Below are positions 47,641 through 57,800 of a stretch of 62,746 nucleotides of DNA, piece by piece. Both the position numbers and the translations under genes were made by a program. Each line of letters starts with the position of its first letter. The stretch's first letter is position 1. Origin of the DNA: Verrucomicrobia bacterium UBA3624 (lineage in GTDB: Bacteria; Verrucomicrobiota; Kiritimatiellia; RFP12; UBA1067); the NCBI GenBank assembly GCA_002373695.1, contig DFLH01000011.1:1-62746 (forward strand). Reading direction: 5' to 3'. The notes under the pieces were generated by a model, which worked only from the letters and a program-made list of their open reading frames with translations, was not told the origin of the DNA and ran no database searches.

Positions 47641-49428
47641 TCACCCGTGGCTGATCGCGCCGAACTTGCAGGTCTGTTCGCACTGGCCGCACTTGATGCA
47701 CTTCGTCTGGTCGATTGCGTGCGGCTGCTTCACCGTGCCGGAGATCGCGGCGGCGGGACACTTGCGGGCGCACATCGTGCAGCCCTTGCACTTCGCGGGA
47801 TCGATCTTGTACTGGATGAGCTTTGAGCACTTGCCGGCGCGGCACTTCTTGTCCTTGATGTGCTCCATGTACTCGTCCATGAAGTACTTGAGCGTGGACT
47901 TGACGGGGTTGGAGGCCGTCTGGCCGAGCCCGCAGAGGGAGGCCTTGCACATCGCGTCGGAGATGGCCTCCAGCTGCTTGATGTCGTCCTCGGTGCCGCG
48001 GCCGTCGGTGATCTTGTTGAGGTAGTTGAGCAGCTTGCGCCCGCCGATGCGGCAGGGAGCGCATTTGCCGCAGCTCTCGTCCACCGTGAAGTCCAGGTAG
48101 AACTTCGCGATGTCCACCACGCAGTCCGTCTCGTCCATGACGATCAGGCCGCCTGAGCCCATGATCGATCCGATCTTGGCCAGGGACTCGTAGTCGATGG
48201 GCGTGTCGAGGAACTGGGGCGGTATGATGCCGCCGGAAGGACCGCCCGTCTGTGCCGCCTTGAACTGGTGACCGCCGCGGATGCCACCGCCGATGTCGAA
48301 GATGATCTCGCGGAGCGTCGTGCCCATCGGCACCTCGATGAGGCCCGAGTTGTTCACCTTGCCCGTGAGCGCGAACACCTTCGTGCCCTTCGTGGTGGCC
48401 GTGCCGATCTTGTTGAACCAGTCCGCGCCCTTGTTGATGATGACGGGGATGTTCGCGAGCGTCTCGACGTTGTTGATCACCGTCGGACGGCCCCAGAGGC
48501 CCTTCACCGCCGGGAACGGAGGACGCGGCTTCGGCATGCCGCGGTTGCCCTCGATGGACTGGAGGAGAGCCGTCTCCTCGCCGCAGACGAACGCGCCCGC
48601 GCCGAAGCGGAGCTCGATGTCGAACGAGAAGCCGCTGCCGAGGATGTCGTCGCCGAGGAGGCCTAGCTCATGCGCCTGCTTGATGGCGATCTGGAGGCGC
48701 TCGATGGCGAGCGGGTACTCCGCGCGGATGTATATGAAGCCCTTGGAGGCGCCGATCGCGTAGCCGGCGATCGTCATGGCCTCGAGGATGGAGTGGGGGT
48801 CGCCCTCGAGCGTTGAGCGGTCCATGTACGCGCCGGGGTCGCCCTCGTCGGCGTTGCACACCATGTACTTCTGGCCCTTCGGCTGCTGCTGGGCGAACTT
48901 CCACTTCATGCCAGTGGGGAAGCCCGCGCCGCCACGGCCGCGCAGACCGGACTTCAGTATCTCCTCGACCACCTGCTCCGGCGTCATTTCGAAGAGAACC
49001 TTCTCGATCGCCTTGTAGCCGTCGCGCGCGATGTAGTCCTCGATCTTCTCCGGATCGATGATACCGCAGTTGCGCAGCACGATGCGGTACTGCTTCTGGT
49101 AGAACGGGATGTTCGCCTCGGCAACGAGCTTCTTCGCCTGTTCGGGGTCGTAGCACAGGCGCTGGACCACACGGCCCTTCACGAGGTGCTCCGCGACGAT
49201 CTCCTTCACGTCCTCGGCCTTCACCTGCACGTAGAACGTGCCCTGCGGGAGTATCTTCACGATCGGCCCCTGCTCGCAGAAGCCGAGGCAGCCCGTCACG
49301 ACCACCTGGACCTTGTCCTTGAGGCCCGCCGCCTCAAGCTCCTTCTTGAACGCCTCGACGACGGTCGTGCCGCCGCCAGAGCAGCACGCCGTGCCGCCGC
49401 ACACAAGAACGTATGATTCGTATGCCAT
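47641..49428 (-). CDS. hydB: NuoF-like diaphorase subunit (HydB/HndC)
   Basis: GRGGAGFPTG, NADEGDPG, GAFVCGEETAL and ESCGKC motifs; C-terminal 2x[4Fe-4S]. Confidence 0.97.
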   Translation of the reverse strand: MAYESYVLVCGGTACCSGGGTTVVEAFKKELEAAGLKDKVQVVVTGCLGFCEQGPIVKILPQGTFYVQVKAEDVKEIVAEHLVKGRVVQRLCYDPEQAKKLVAEANIPFYQKQYRIVLRNCGIIDPEKIEDYIARDGYKAIEKVLFEMTPEQVVEEILKSGLRGRGGAGFPTGMKWKFAQQQPKGQKYMVCNADEGDPGAYMDRSTLEGDPHSILEAMTIAGYAIGASKGFIYIRAEYPLAIERLQIAIKQAHELGLLGDDILGSGFSFDIELRFGAGAFVCGEETALLQSIEGNRGMPKPRPPFPAVKGLWGRPTVINNVETLANIPVIINKGADWFNKIGTATTKGTKVFALTGKVNNSGLIEVPMGTTLREIIFDIGGGIRGGHQFKAAQTGGPSGGIIPPQFLDTPIDYESLAKIGSIMGSGGLIVMDETDCVVDIAKFYLDFTVDESCGKCAPCRIGGRKLLNYLNKITDGRGTEDDIKQLEAISDAMCKASLCGLGQTASNPVKSTLKYFMDEYMEHIKDKKCRAGKCSKLIQYKIDPAKCKGCTMCARKCPAAAISGTVKQPHAIDQTKCIKCGQCEQTCKFGAISHG

Positions 49429-49516
49429 TTCTTTGCTCCTGTTAAATGCCTCGTCTCTCGCCTGACGTCTCATGTCCGCAGCGGGACGCGAGACGCGAGA
49501 CATGAGACGCGGGCGT

Positions 49517-49912
49517 TCATGCCTCTTTCACAATGTCAATCGACGGGCGGTCGAGGATCTTGTCGTCGATCAGCTGGTGGCCGACGATATGCTTCTCCAC
49601 CACGTCCTTCGCCGTCGCCGCGTCCACGTTGCCGTAGATCACCGTGGGCATGCCCGGCACGACGACCTCCACGGTCGGCTCCGAGTGGCACAGGCCCATG
49701 CAACCCGTCTGGCGGATGAGGACGTTCGTAAGGCCCTTGTCCGAAATCGCGTTCACCAGCGCCGTGAACGTGTCCTTGGCACCGGCGGCGATGCCGCATG
49801 TGCCCATGCCCACGATCACCTGCACGTCCTTGTTGGATGCGTCGCGCATCTCCATCGCCTTCTGCTTCTCGCCGCGCAGCCTGCGCAGGTCTTCAAGTGT
49901 CAACTTAGCCAT
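49517..49912 (-). CDS. hydD: Thioredoxin-like [2Fe-2S] ferredoxin subunit (HydD/HndB)
   Basis: VGMGTCGIAAGA and TGCMGLCHSEP motifs. Confidence 0.92.
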   Translation of the reverse strand: MAKLTLEDLRRLRGEKQKAMEMRDASNKDVQVIVGMGTCGIAAGAKDTFTALVNAISDKGLTNVLIRQTGCMGLCHSEPTVEVVVPGMPTVIYGNVDAATAKDVVEKHIVGHQLIDDKILDRPSIDIVKEA

Positions 49913-49973
49913 TCTCTTGCTCCTTGTCAGGTAAATTCTTTCGCACTAGCCGCTAAACACCGGCAACTAACCA

Positions 49974-50453
49974 CTAACCTCTGTCACGGTACTGCTTGAT
50001 GATGCCTGTCACGTCCTTCGACGACAGCTTGCCGTGCACCTCGCCGTTGATCACGGCCACGGGCGCGAGGCCGCAGCAACCGAGGCAACGCACCGCCTCC
50101 ACCGAGAACATGCCGTCGTCCGTGGTCGCGTTGAGGCCCACGCCGAGCTGGCGCTCGAACTCCTTGATGATGTCGTCGCCGCCACGCAGGTAGCAAGCCG
50201 TGCCCAGGCACACCTGCACGTTGTACTTGCCGGCCTTCTGCAGGCGGAAGAAGTTGTAGAACGTAATGACGCCGTAGATCTTGGCGAGCGGCACGTCAAG
50301 TATCTTGCTCGTCTCGATGGCGATCTCGCGCGGAATGTACCCGTACGTCTGCTGGACGCGATGGAGCACCATGATCAGGTTGCCCGGTTTCGCCTTCCAC
50401 TCTTCGATGAACGCACGCAGCTCCGGCGTCATCGTCTCTAGCTTTTTGCTCAT
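49974..50453 (-). CDS. hydC: NuoE-like [2Fe-2S] subunit (HydC/HndA)
   Basis: CLGTAC and RCLGCCGLAP motifs. Confidence 0.95.
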   Translation of the reverse strand: MSKKLETMTPELRAFIEEWKAKPGNLIMVLHRVQQTYGYIPREIAIETSKILDVPLAKIYGVITFYNFFRLQKAGKYNVQVCLGTACYLRGGDDIIKEFERQLGVGLNATTDDGMFSVEAVRCLGCCGLAPVAVINGEVHGKLSSKDVTGIIKQYRDRG

Positions 50454-50683
50454 ATCATTGTCCTTGATGTGAATGAAATTGCCTTCTACCGTCCGGCAAA
50501 TGGAATTATCTCATGCCAGGGCCTTGTTAGGCAAGGATAAGATTGAAAAATATCGGTATCTAAATAGCGATTCGCAGACTGTGGGCCAGTGGCTGTGTGT
50601 GGGGGGCATTCGCTGACAGATTGCGTGAACAAGCCATTATCAGTTGATTGGCGGGCGGGTTTTAGTGTAGAATCTGAGGCGCC

Positions 50684-52107
50684 ATGAAAACGCCAGACAG
50701 AAGATCCGCCATGCTTGCGGCCGTGACGTTCGCCTTCGCGGCGACATGCGTCGCGGCCATCGAGTTCAAATCGGCCGGGGCGACGCTCCGCCTCTCGGAG
50801 AAAAACGGAGCGGTGGAGTCGCTCGTGGCGCCCGACGGCGCGGAGCGGGCCGTTCCGGCCGCCGAGGCGTTCAGCCTGCAGCTGCTTGACGGCAAGGGCG
50901 AGCCTACGCTGCTGAAGTCGACCGGCTTCTCCTTTTCGCGCGATAGCGGGCGGCTGACATGGCGGCACTCCAACGGACTGCACGTGGAGATGGACGTGTC
51001 CGCGGAGGGCGGCGAGTTCCGCTTCAGGCCGTCCGTGGAGGGAATCCCAGCCGGCATGCTGCTGGAGTGGTTCGACGGCCCGCAGGTATGCATCGCTTCG
51101 GACCGCACGATGTACTGGCCCTACTGGGATGGCGTGGAGATGAACGACTACAAGCGCCATGCCTATCGTCCGGCCGGTTACCGGGAGCGCTTCAACGGCG
51201 GCGGCGACTCGCTCTACCCCGGCTTCTGCCAGATGCAGTTCCTGGCGGCGTACAAGGACGGGATGGGCGTGTACTTCTCCGCCGTGGATCCGCGCCACAC
51301 GCCGAAGGGCGTGGTGTGGGAGCTTGTCGACGACAAGACGGTGCGGCTTTCGCTCCAGACGTTCTGCGGCGACCTGACGGACGGCGCGTGGCGCCCAGCG
51401 TTCCGCTATTCGCTCCGCGCATACCGCGGCGGATGGATGGAGGCGTGCGAGATATACCGCGACTGGGTGCGCACCTTGCCGGAATTCGCGCGCCAGCCCG
51501 CGCGCCCCAAGTGGATGTACGACTCGCCCGTGAACCTCATCTATCCCGTCCGCGGCGAAGGCAAGGACAACCTGCCGCGCAACATGAAGCCGAACCGCTA
51601 CTTCCCGTACGTCAACGCGATGTCGGCCGTGGAGAAATACGGCAAGCTGCTCGACTCGAAGATCATGGCGCTCCTAATGCACTGGGAGGGGACGGCTCCG
51701 TGGGCGCCGCCCTACGTGTGGCCTCCGTACGGCGGCGAGGAGGAGCTAGCCAAGTTCAGGGACGCCCTGCACGCGCGCGGCGACCTGCTCGGCGTATACT
51801 GCTCCGGCACGGCCTGGACGCCCTCAGGAAGAAATACCCCTCGTTCCTGCTGGAGGGGCGGATGATCCGTCCGTTCGTCGCGTGCGAGTCGCGTCCGGCG
51901 AAGGTCGGCTACCGCCTGTGGGGCGGCGAGGGCTCGGTGGAGACGAAGGAAGTGTTCACGTCGTTCTGGGAGAACGCGCAGGGCGAGCGCATCGGCTTCG
52001 CGTCCAACTGGCGGCAGGAGCCGAGCGACCTCAAGGTCATGCGTCCCGACGGGCGCGTGAAGACGCTTAGGCTCGCCCCGCTCGAGACGATCGAGCTGAG
52101 GCCCTGA
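50684..52107 (+). pseudogene. Secreted DUF6259-like putative glycoside hydrolase with internal deletion/frameshift
   Basis: Frame 1 (HWEGTAPWAPPYVWPP..GVYCSGTAWT) switches near 51820 to a second frame carrying a plausible C-terminus (KYPSFLLEGRMIRPF..LAPLETIEL). Confidence 0.65.
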
Positions 52108-52188
52108 CGGCCTTGATGCGCGTCGACCCGAGTTCGATGCCCAGGACATCACATTGCCCGGATTTTCGTTTTTGGAAAATCTAGCCGC

Positions 52189-52217
52189 TTGCGTAGTCCG
52201 ACAGGATTCGGTACAAT
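52189..52217 (+). promoter_or_regulatory. Sigma70-type promoter with no downstream ORF
   Basis: TTGCGT-17 nt-TACAAT. Confidence 0.6.
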
Positions 52218-52222
52218 ACCCA

Positions 52223-52313
52223 CCGAACCCCTCAAAAGGTTCACATCCGACCGTGAGGCTCTGCCGATACGGGGCGAGGCTCCGATCCGAAAGGGTCGGG
52301 GCCTTAGCATTTT
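52223..52313 (+). ncRNA. Candidate ~90-nt small RNA
   Basis: Lies between the promoter and a 12-bp GAAA-capped stem (52277-52304) that needs two G-U pairs, which form only on the + strand; a U-rich tail follows. Confidence 0.45.
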
Positions 52314-52321
52314 AATTCGCC

Positions 52322-54838
52322 TCATCGTTCCTTCATCGCGTTTTCGTTGCGGCGGATGGAGGCGTCCTGTTCGAGATGTGAAGGGTCTGCCCCCATGGCG
52401 TCCGTCAGTGAATAACAGCCGCCAGCGACGGTCTTGAAACGCAATCTGCCGAATTCGTCACGGTCCGTCGGCACGTTGTTGCCGTCTGCATCCATCACCA
52501 CCCAATAGCCGTGTACAAGACAGTCTTCTCCCCTTTCACTGACCACAGTCACGTCCGCCGGGCGGCCATTCTTCATCGTCGCCGAAACAAGAAAGGCACC
52601 CTGCGCCCGCCAATTGGAGAAGGTAACGTCGCGATCCTTAGGCCACCACGGGAAAAGACGGATCGCCCCGTCCCAACTCTGCAATGCCATCTCCTGGAAC
52701 GGCGCCATGGCGGACAGCGTCTCAGTCCATGCGCCGGCACGTCCATACTGGCTGATCGCCATCGCCCAGACGAGGCCGTTGGGATGCGTCCAGTCCTCTA
52801 GAGTCTTGCGGTGTTCCGGAAAGTCGCGTCCCGGCACGAAGCTATTGTCCCGTAACACGCCAATCCTACGCAGGATCATGTGGCCGTAGTACCATGCGTC
52901 GCGCGGAGGGCGCGGAGCAGGCTTTCCCGCATAGGCAGGTGGCTCCACGTAAGGCTTGCCACCGTCGGAAAACTCCGGGGGGACAGACATGTAGCAGTGC
53001 TTCTCATAGCCAGCCAGATCGTGCCGCGTCTTCGCCAGATGGTCAAGACGGTCCTGCCACTGTTCACGCAGCCCTGCATCGACACCGAGTGCCTTGGACG
53101 CCTCAATCGCCGCCCACAGCGAGAAGCGTGCGTGATTCAACACTTGCCGGCAGTCGCAGAGCGTCATCGGGTTACCGTCGGGCTGGCTTTCTCCGGCGTT
53201 CGACGGAAAAGCGTGGTACATGCCATCATTGAGCGATTCCGGCAGGTCGGGATGCGGCGCCTTCAGGAGAAAATCAAGATAAAAGAGAGCGCAATCACGA
53301 ATAATCGGATATCCGCGCTTCGCCAACCAGTCGCGGTCTCGCGTATATGCGTAGTATTCCCAGTAACGTGTCATCATCCAGCCCGTCATGTACGCCATGC
53401 GACCGAGCGCAATCGACCCGTTGACGTCATCTTCCGCATCTGTCGGGAATCCCTGAAGCTGAAAGAACACGCCACGGCAACCATAGTAGTCCCGGGCGAT
53501 CTTGCGGCCGATCGGGGCAAGCCAACGCTCCACCAGATCAAAGTAGGTTCGCGCGTCATCCAGCCTGTTCGCCGTAAAGTCACCCCAGTAGATGCCTTGG
53601 ACGTTGTAGTTCGCATGGTAGTCCCCGTGCCACCAGGAGAAGTCCTTCACTGTCGAAGGGAAGAAGAGCCCCGGCGGCACCGTGCCTGGCTTGAGAATAC
53701 ACCGCCGCGCATGCCAGAGCGCATACCAGGCATTCTCCAGAAACGGATCGCCAGGAACCAAGAATCCGCTTCGCGCCCAATAGCCGGTCGCTGCGCGTTT
53801 CGCCGCCGCACTATAGTCGGCGTGTTTCCTGTGCGCCATGCCGGGAGGGCTGTAGGATACGTCGTTCGACGTGCGGATGACGACCTGCGCCTCGCCGCGC
53901 AGGGTTCCTTCCTTCGGACGGAAGAACACGGTCGCCCCCGACAAGTCACCGGGCGAAGGCTCGTAGCGGCGGCCCGTCTTCCAGTCCGTGTGCATCCACA
54001 TCTTGTATCGGAAGCCGTCCGGGAACGTCCGATCCGGATAAAACACCTGCTCGATTGCGTTACCATCGACGACAGGCGGCGGCAACGGCTTGTAGTCCTT
54101 GGTATAGGCATGTCCCGGAACCCCCTTCTGACTGGCAACCCTTTTTGCGCGCCAGGCCTTGAATTCCGGATCGCGATGACGCGAAAGTGCATACCAGACA
54201 GGTGCATTCCATTCATTTCCGTAGCGTGTTTCGTCGTTCCAGCCATCCAACCGCCAATCGACTGAGAGGATGTTGTCGTCGGGAGAGATGACCGCCTCGA
54301 CGAACAGTTTCACGCCGTTGCGCCATGAAACATCAACCGTCACGCGCCCCTCTTCGACATGCAGACGCGAGACAACCTTCATAGGGCCGGGTAGGTCGCA
54401 CGGCAGCAACAAGCGGAAATCGCCCGTCGGCTTCGGACACGGATAGGGATACCAGTGGAGGTTGGGCGCCACGCCGGTGACGATTTCGCGCATGCGCTTC
54501 TCGTCCTTCGTTCCCTTCGTCGCCACCGGGAGATTCTGAAGGCCCCATTGCGCGCGCTTCCATCCCTCGCGCAAGATGCCGTTGCGATATTCGGCAAGCG
54601 TTGCGGGCTTGACCCCTTCATTGTACGAAAGGCGCCGATCCCACACGTCGCCCTTGCCAAGCCTGAACACGAGCTCGTCACCCTTCGGCCAGACGCTGCA
54701 CGACAGATCGCCGTTGCCTAGGAGAAGCCCTTCCTCCGCATCTGGCAGCAGACCCTCGATCTGCACTACGTGCGGAGAGGAATAGGCCATCTCCGCCAAG
54801 CAAACTAGAACCGGCAATGCCGCAACTCGGACTTTCAT
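52322..54838 (-). CDS. GH95-like six-hairpin glycosidase, secreted
   Basis: GLLLGNGDL, WHGDYHANYNVQ, EMALQSW..IRLFP and RAQGAFLVSA motifs. Confidence 0.75.
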   Translation of the reverse strand: MKVRVAALPVLVCLAEMAYSSPHVVQIEGLLPDAEEGLLLGNGDLSCSVWPKGDELVFRLGKGDVWDRRLSYNEGVKPATLAEYRNGILREGWKRAQWGLQNLPVATKGTKDEKRMREIVTGVAPNLHWYPYPCPKPTGDFRLLLPCDLPGPMKVVSRLHVEEGRVTVDVSWRNGVKLFVEAVISPDDNILSVDWRLDGWNDETRYGNEWNAPVWYALSRHRDPEFKAWRAKRVASQKGVPGHAYTKDYKPLPPPVVDGNAIEQVFYPDRTFPDGFRYKMWMHTDWKTGRRYEPSPGDLSGATVFFRPKEGTLRGEAQVVIRTSNDVSYSPPGMAHRKHADYSAAAKRAATGYWARSGFLVPGDPFLENAWYALWHARRCILKPGTVPPGLFFPSTVKDFSWWHGDYHANYNVQGIYWGDFTANRLDDARTYFDLVERWLAPIGRKIARDYYGCRGVFFQLQGFPTDAEDDVNGSIALGRMAYMTGWMMTRYWEYYAYTRDRDWLAKRGYPIIRDCALFYLDFLLKAPHPDLPESLNDGMYHAFPSNAGESQPDGNPMTLCDCRQVLNHARFSLWAAIEASKALGVDAGLREQWQDRLDHLAKTRHDLAGYEKHCYMSVPPEFSDGGKPYVEPPAYAGKPAPRPPRDAWYYGHMILRRIGVLRDNSFVPGRDFPEHRKTLEDWTHPNGLVWAMAISQYGRAGAWTETLSAMAPFQEMALQSWDGAIRLFPWWPKDRDVTFSNWRAQGAFLVSATMKNGRPADVTVVSERGEDCLVHGYWVVMDADGNNVPTDRDEFGRLRFKTVAGGCYSLTDAMGADPSHLEQDASIRRNENAMKER

Positions 54839-54857
54839 TGACGAATCCCTCTTTCTT

Positions 54858-57800
54858 CTACCGGATGGATATCACAGTGCCTTTAACCGATAACAGCATT
54901 TGGAGAGAACCGTCGCAGATGCGGAAACGAGGGCTAACATAACGAGTAGCCCCTGGTACTTCCTTCGTGGCCGCATTGAGCGCCGCAAGGCCATCTATGC
55001 TTGTCGCCGTCGCAACTGTCATCCACGTCGTGTACAGCGCCGCCGGAAGCATTTCGGCATTCTCGATCCGCACGGAAACACCCTCACCGAACGCCAGCGG
55101 ACCTGCGACAGATACGATATCCGCGCCCGACTGGCCCAACGTGATCGTCCACCGCTCGCCGACCGTCAGTCCGCCGTTCGCGACAGAACCCGCGCCGGAG
55201 AGACCGGCAACATACTGGCTAGCACCGTTACAATCGAGCGAACCTCCGTCCAAGCCGACTTCAAGCCCGTTGCGCTGCAGGGTCTGCGCAGGGCCAATTC
55301 CCCATTTCGCCTTCAGGTAGGCTTCGTTCTTGGCGACCTCATCATCTGTCAGGGCATGGTCGTAGAAGATGACTTCGCACAGGCGTTGGTTGCCCATCCT
55401 CTCAATCCCCGAAGCCCCTGAAGTAGGGTACGCGCGCGCATCCGCAGCAAAGCCGCCAACCGCCGGAACCGTATAACTGTCCGCCCCCAGGTTCATCGAC
55501 AGCACGTCCCACGCACCCGAAAGTCCTTGCGAACTGGCGGTGATCGTCTCCCCGTTCAATCTCCACGTGCATCTTGAGGTGTTGGCGATGTCCCCGCCCG
55601 CGTAGGACGAATGCAGGATCGCTCGATCCGGGATGGATCCGACCGGAGAATCGCCCGACACATAATAACGGTGGAAACTGTAGGTTCCCGACTCGCCGGC
55701 CAAGATGAATCCTCCGCCCTCCTGCGACCCGACGACCCAGAACACGCTCTTGACTCCGGAAAGAGAGGCCCAGGTTCCGTCTGCGGCGGCGAAACGGAGC
55801 GACACCTTGTTCGGCATGACGACGGTCGGCAGCCCGTACAGGCTGGAATCGGCTTTCATGTACGCCTTGTCGGTGCCCTTGAGAAACGGCAGAGCCCTGA
55901 TTGTGCCGACCTTGCTGCTCCAGTTGGTTATGTTTCCGAGGCTGTCGCAGGCGAGATTCTCGCTTGCGTCAAAATGGGCAAGCCGTCCGGCGAGGACCGG
56001 CGATCCCGATTCATCCAAAGGTTCCGCGCCTTTCAGCTTGAGCACGCCGGCGGCCACGGACACCTTACCGGTGAATGCCGACGCCGACGCCACTTCGAGT
56101 TCGCCAGTCCCGCTCTTCACGATGGTCCCTTCAGGATGCCCTACGAGGTCGCGAACCTTCAACACGCCATCGCCGTCCAACATGCAATCTCCCTCCGCGT
56201 TCAGCTTGCCCATGCCCAGAACCGCCGTCTGGGGAGAAGGCATATCCTGCTGGGGAATAGAAGGGAACCATTTGTTCAGCAGATAGTTTCTTGTGGCAGT
56301 GCGTTCCCGCGCAGTCAGCTCGCGGTCGTAGACAAGGACTTCGGCTATTCGCACTCCGCCGTTTCTCGACGTGGTACGATCCCGAGCCAAGGAACTGATA
56401 TGCGCACCGGCAAGCGTATGGAACTCTACCAGATGCCAGGAAGAGCCGATGCTCGCATTATACGCCACCTTGTTGCCGTCCATGAAGATGTCGCCGTTCT
56501 TCACCTGTTCATCCTTGTAGCCATAGAGAAGCTTGGAACTACTTCCGGCCAGAAAATCGCAGTAGAAGCCATGCGTGCTGCCGCCGGAGTCGAGCGCCGT
56601 ATCGCCCGATGTTCCGAGAACGGCGTAATTTGCCGTGCTCAACGCCTTGTACACGACGTATACCGCGCGGGCATTGTCGATCGACTTCACCAGAGACAAC
56701 GTAGATCCGCCATTGCTCACCTCGCCGAAATCGATTGTCGGCTTGCCGTTCAACGTCTCTTCGCTTACCAATGGCCGCTTGCACTTGGTCGTCTTTGACA
56801 ACGGACACCACGCCACATTTCGAAAAGGCGAAAGGTCATGCCACCTCTCAACGAAATTCGTTCCGCCTTCCGAGACCGTGTCCAGCGACGACGCCTCGTC
56901 CGCCGCCACATGGAAGACCGCTTCGTCCGCCAGCGCACACGCGCTCGCAGGCTCGGGTTGCTGCAATTGCCTGATGCCGCCGCCGCGAACCGTAACCTGA
57001 TGCGACAACGATCCAGACGTCACGCCAAGCGTACCGCCGCCCGTCTTGATCAGCGTCCCGCCCGAAATCTGACCGACCTTGACAGACGCGCCTTCGGCGA
57101 CTTCAACAGTGCCACCGTCCACCACCAGATGCGCCACATCCGGACGGGCCGACTCCGATGCCGCCGATTCCGCAGGGGCGGCATAGCCGGGCAGAACCCG
57201 CCCAAGCCACTTCCACGCAAGGAACGCCTGCGCATCCTCTATCTGCCTCTCCGTCAGAGGCACCTTGTACACAACGAGCTCACAGAGCTTCAGTCCGCCT
57301 CGTACCGCCTGGGAATTCAGAATCGAACCGCCGATGCACGTAACCGAGGCATTCGGGGCCCGGACGGCAGTCACCTGATAATCCGGCGTGAGATATCCAG
57401 ATACGGGATAGTCGATCCTGAGGCCGTTCATCCACGCCATCCAAGAACCGGAAGATGCGTGAAGCGGCTTCCAGAAAGCCGTCGGCTCCTCGCTGCGGGA
57501 AAACGCGCTGTCGGTTCCAAGGACGTGTCCGCCGCCATCTTCAGCCGAGAGAACCGCCACATACGTCGCCGGATAGTTGACCTGCGCCTTGATGTTGTCG
57601 TTCGTCATGATATGCAGGACGCATCCGCCGCCGCCTTTCACATACGCACCGAAATCTACGGCAGGCTTGCCGTTCACGGCGGCGTCGATCAGCCTTGGCC
57701 GCGCCGCATCGCTCTCCGCCCCGGCATAGCATGTCTGGCCGTTCGGGGTTTCGCCGCCATCATTGCGCCACCTTGTCACGTATCCGCCAACAGACGTGAT

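Noticed and set aside
50454-50683. Rex operator upstream of the hydrogenase operon
   Set aside because: No adequate match to the TTGTGAA-n4-TTCACAA palindrome.
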